Part shown: positions 31,029 through 32,000 of the stretch, one piece after another
Numbering within the stretch: the first letter of the stretch is position 1
How the letters are laid out: the number at the start of each line of letters is the position of its first letter
Source: Psychrobacter cryohalolentis K5
GTDB taxonomy: Bacteria > Pseudomonadota > Gammaproteobacteria > Pseudomonadales > Moraxellaceae
Assembly: GCF_000013905.1 (NCBI RefSeq)
Contig: NC_007969.1
Span: 2,850,001 to 2,882,000, forward strand
Reading direction: 5' to 3'
DNA length: 32,000 nt
Program-made: the position numbers and the translations under genes
The notes under the pieces: model-generated
The model's database searches: none
Seen by the model: the letters and a program-made list of their open reading frames with translations, nothing else
Told to the model about the DNA's origin: nothing

Positions 31029-31937
31029 CTATGTTTGCAATTGTGCCATGAGCCATTCAAAAATTGCTACTACGAATAGTATCCAAGCAGGCTCTTCTAC
31101 CTCTGTGGTTGGTAGATCTATCGCTTCACCAGCCTTTAGCGGTAAATCCAGAGCTTGTACTTTAGTTTTTGCATCAAGTACCGGCAAGACGTCAATACCA
31201 ATTTTAGACGTCAATTCGTCAATACTAATTATTTCTATACGCTCAGATTCGTCGTTTGGTGCATAGTAAACACCTGCTTGATTGATCGCTGGGATATAAA
31301 CGGCTTTAAAGAAATGACTGGGCACCAGTACTCGCCCTGCTAGTTGCTTAGCTTTTTTATCAGTAAATGCAACCCCTGTGACAGTATAGACTTCACCATA
31401 TTGCTGCGTTAAATAGCGAGTCGCCGATTCAATATTGCGCCAGATATAGCGATTATTACGTGGTGATTGCGGGGCTATATTAGCAAGGCTAAAGCTATCA
31501 TACTGCTGACTTCGATTGGCCATGTCACCATTAGGCGCTAAATGTCCGCGGTCATAACCTGAGCCTGAATAGTCAGAGAGCTTGGCACGCATGGACTGTG
31601 GCAATCGGCTTTCTTCATGAAAGCTGTCTTCACGGTCGATTTGTTTGGCCTGCTGTAAACGCTTACGATCCAGATATTCTGCTGACCATAATGGTGTACG
31701 TGATATACCAGAATACATGACAGCGAAACCGTCCATACATAGTGCTTGGGTATTATTACTGAGCTTAGTATTGCTGAATTCAGGATAGACACCGCCATAA
31801 AATGATTGGCTGCATTGTGTGAAATCCTCAGCATGTGCCGTTGATACGCTTAAAACGGTAGCAATTATTACCGTTATCGTGCTGTTTTTTAGATTAAATC
31901 TTCGCTTAAAAACACTTCTCATGCAACTTTCAACCAT
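31029..31937 (-). CDS. Secreted DNA/RNA non-specific endonuclease (Endonuclease_NS, NucA/EndA/Serratia nuclease family) with C-terminal extension
   Basis: The ORF has a signal peptide (KRRFNLKNSTITVIIATVLSVSTAHA/ED). Its beta-beta-alpha-metal active site reads SGYDRGHLAPNGD, followed by SFSLANIAPQSPRNN. An extension of about 70 aa ends in the hydrophobic EPAWILFVVAIFEWLMAQLQT. An alternative start exists at 31922 (MRSVFKRR...). Confidence 0.8.
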   Translation of the reverse strand: MVESCMRSVFKRRFNLKNSTITVIIATVLSVSTAHAEDFTQCSQSFYGGVYPEFSNTKLSNNTQALCMDGFAVMYSGISRTPLWSAEYLDRKRLQQAKQIDREDSFHEESRLPQSMRAKLSDYSGSGYDRGHLAPNGDMANRSQQYDSFSLANIAPQSPRNNRYIWRNIESATRYLTQQYGEVYTVTGVAFTDKKAKQLAGRVLVPSHFFKAVYIPAINQAGVYYAPNDESERIEIISIDELTSKIGIDVLPVLDAKTKVQALDLPLKAGEAIDLPTTEVEEPAWILFVVAIFEWLMAQLQT

Positions 31938-32000
31938 TTATGCTTACTATTACGTATGCTCTATCCTAGCAGGCGTCTACCAATAAAGAAAGATACTGCG

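Noticed and set aside
29837-31971. An exact 12-nt direct repeat, TCTATCCTAGCA, at 29837..29848 and 31960..31971. It brackets the DUF2147 / 87-aa ORF / nuclease block and could be an insertion scar or att-like duplication.
   Set aside because: A rough estimate of N^2/2 divided by 4^12 for N=32000 gives some tens of chance 12-mer coincidences in a window this size, and more in AT-rich DNA. The flanks of the two copies do not match, and no integrase or transposase is present. The repeat is worth a BLAST check of the empty site in relatives, but it is not evidence on its own.

Overview
This is a chromosomal, mostly housekeeping window from an AT-leaning gammaproteobacterium. A BfmR/BfmS-type two-component pair, the znuA / zur-znuC-znuB layout and an isolated murD-ftsW pair suggest Moraxellaceae (Psychrobacter/Acinetobacter-like), but I cannot confirm that without a database search. 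Gene order from left to right:
- rimM (partial) and rpsP on the minus strand.
- An orphan EnvZ-like kinase on the plus strand.
- A 58-codon membrane ORF that is absent from the ORF track.
- bfmS-bfmR on the minus strand.
- The complete F1Fo ATP synthase operon atpI-B-E-F-H-A-G-D-C on the minus strand, with unusually long structured spacers.
- znuA, a perfect Zur box, then zur-znuC-znuB.
- cpdA, then dksA-gluQ.
- ftsW-murD on the minus strand.
- A SulP transporter and a tandem USP protein.
- A sigma54-type promoter followed by glnK-amtB.
- A more AT-rich minus-strand block: a DUF2147 protein, an 87-aa acidic ORF and a secreted Endonuclease_NS-type nuclease.

I saw no tRNA, rRNA, CRISPR array, IS element or integrase. 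I do not see a convincing multi-gene novel system. The best candidate is the secreted nuclease plus the downstream small acidic ORF, a possible nuclease/inhibitor pair. Next come the noncoding inserts inside the atp operon, the internal terminator in bfmRS, and two small ORFs with strong ribosome-binding sites. The ORF track renders alternative start codons (TTG/GTG) as M, so I trimmed several N-termini to the first plausible ATG.
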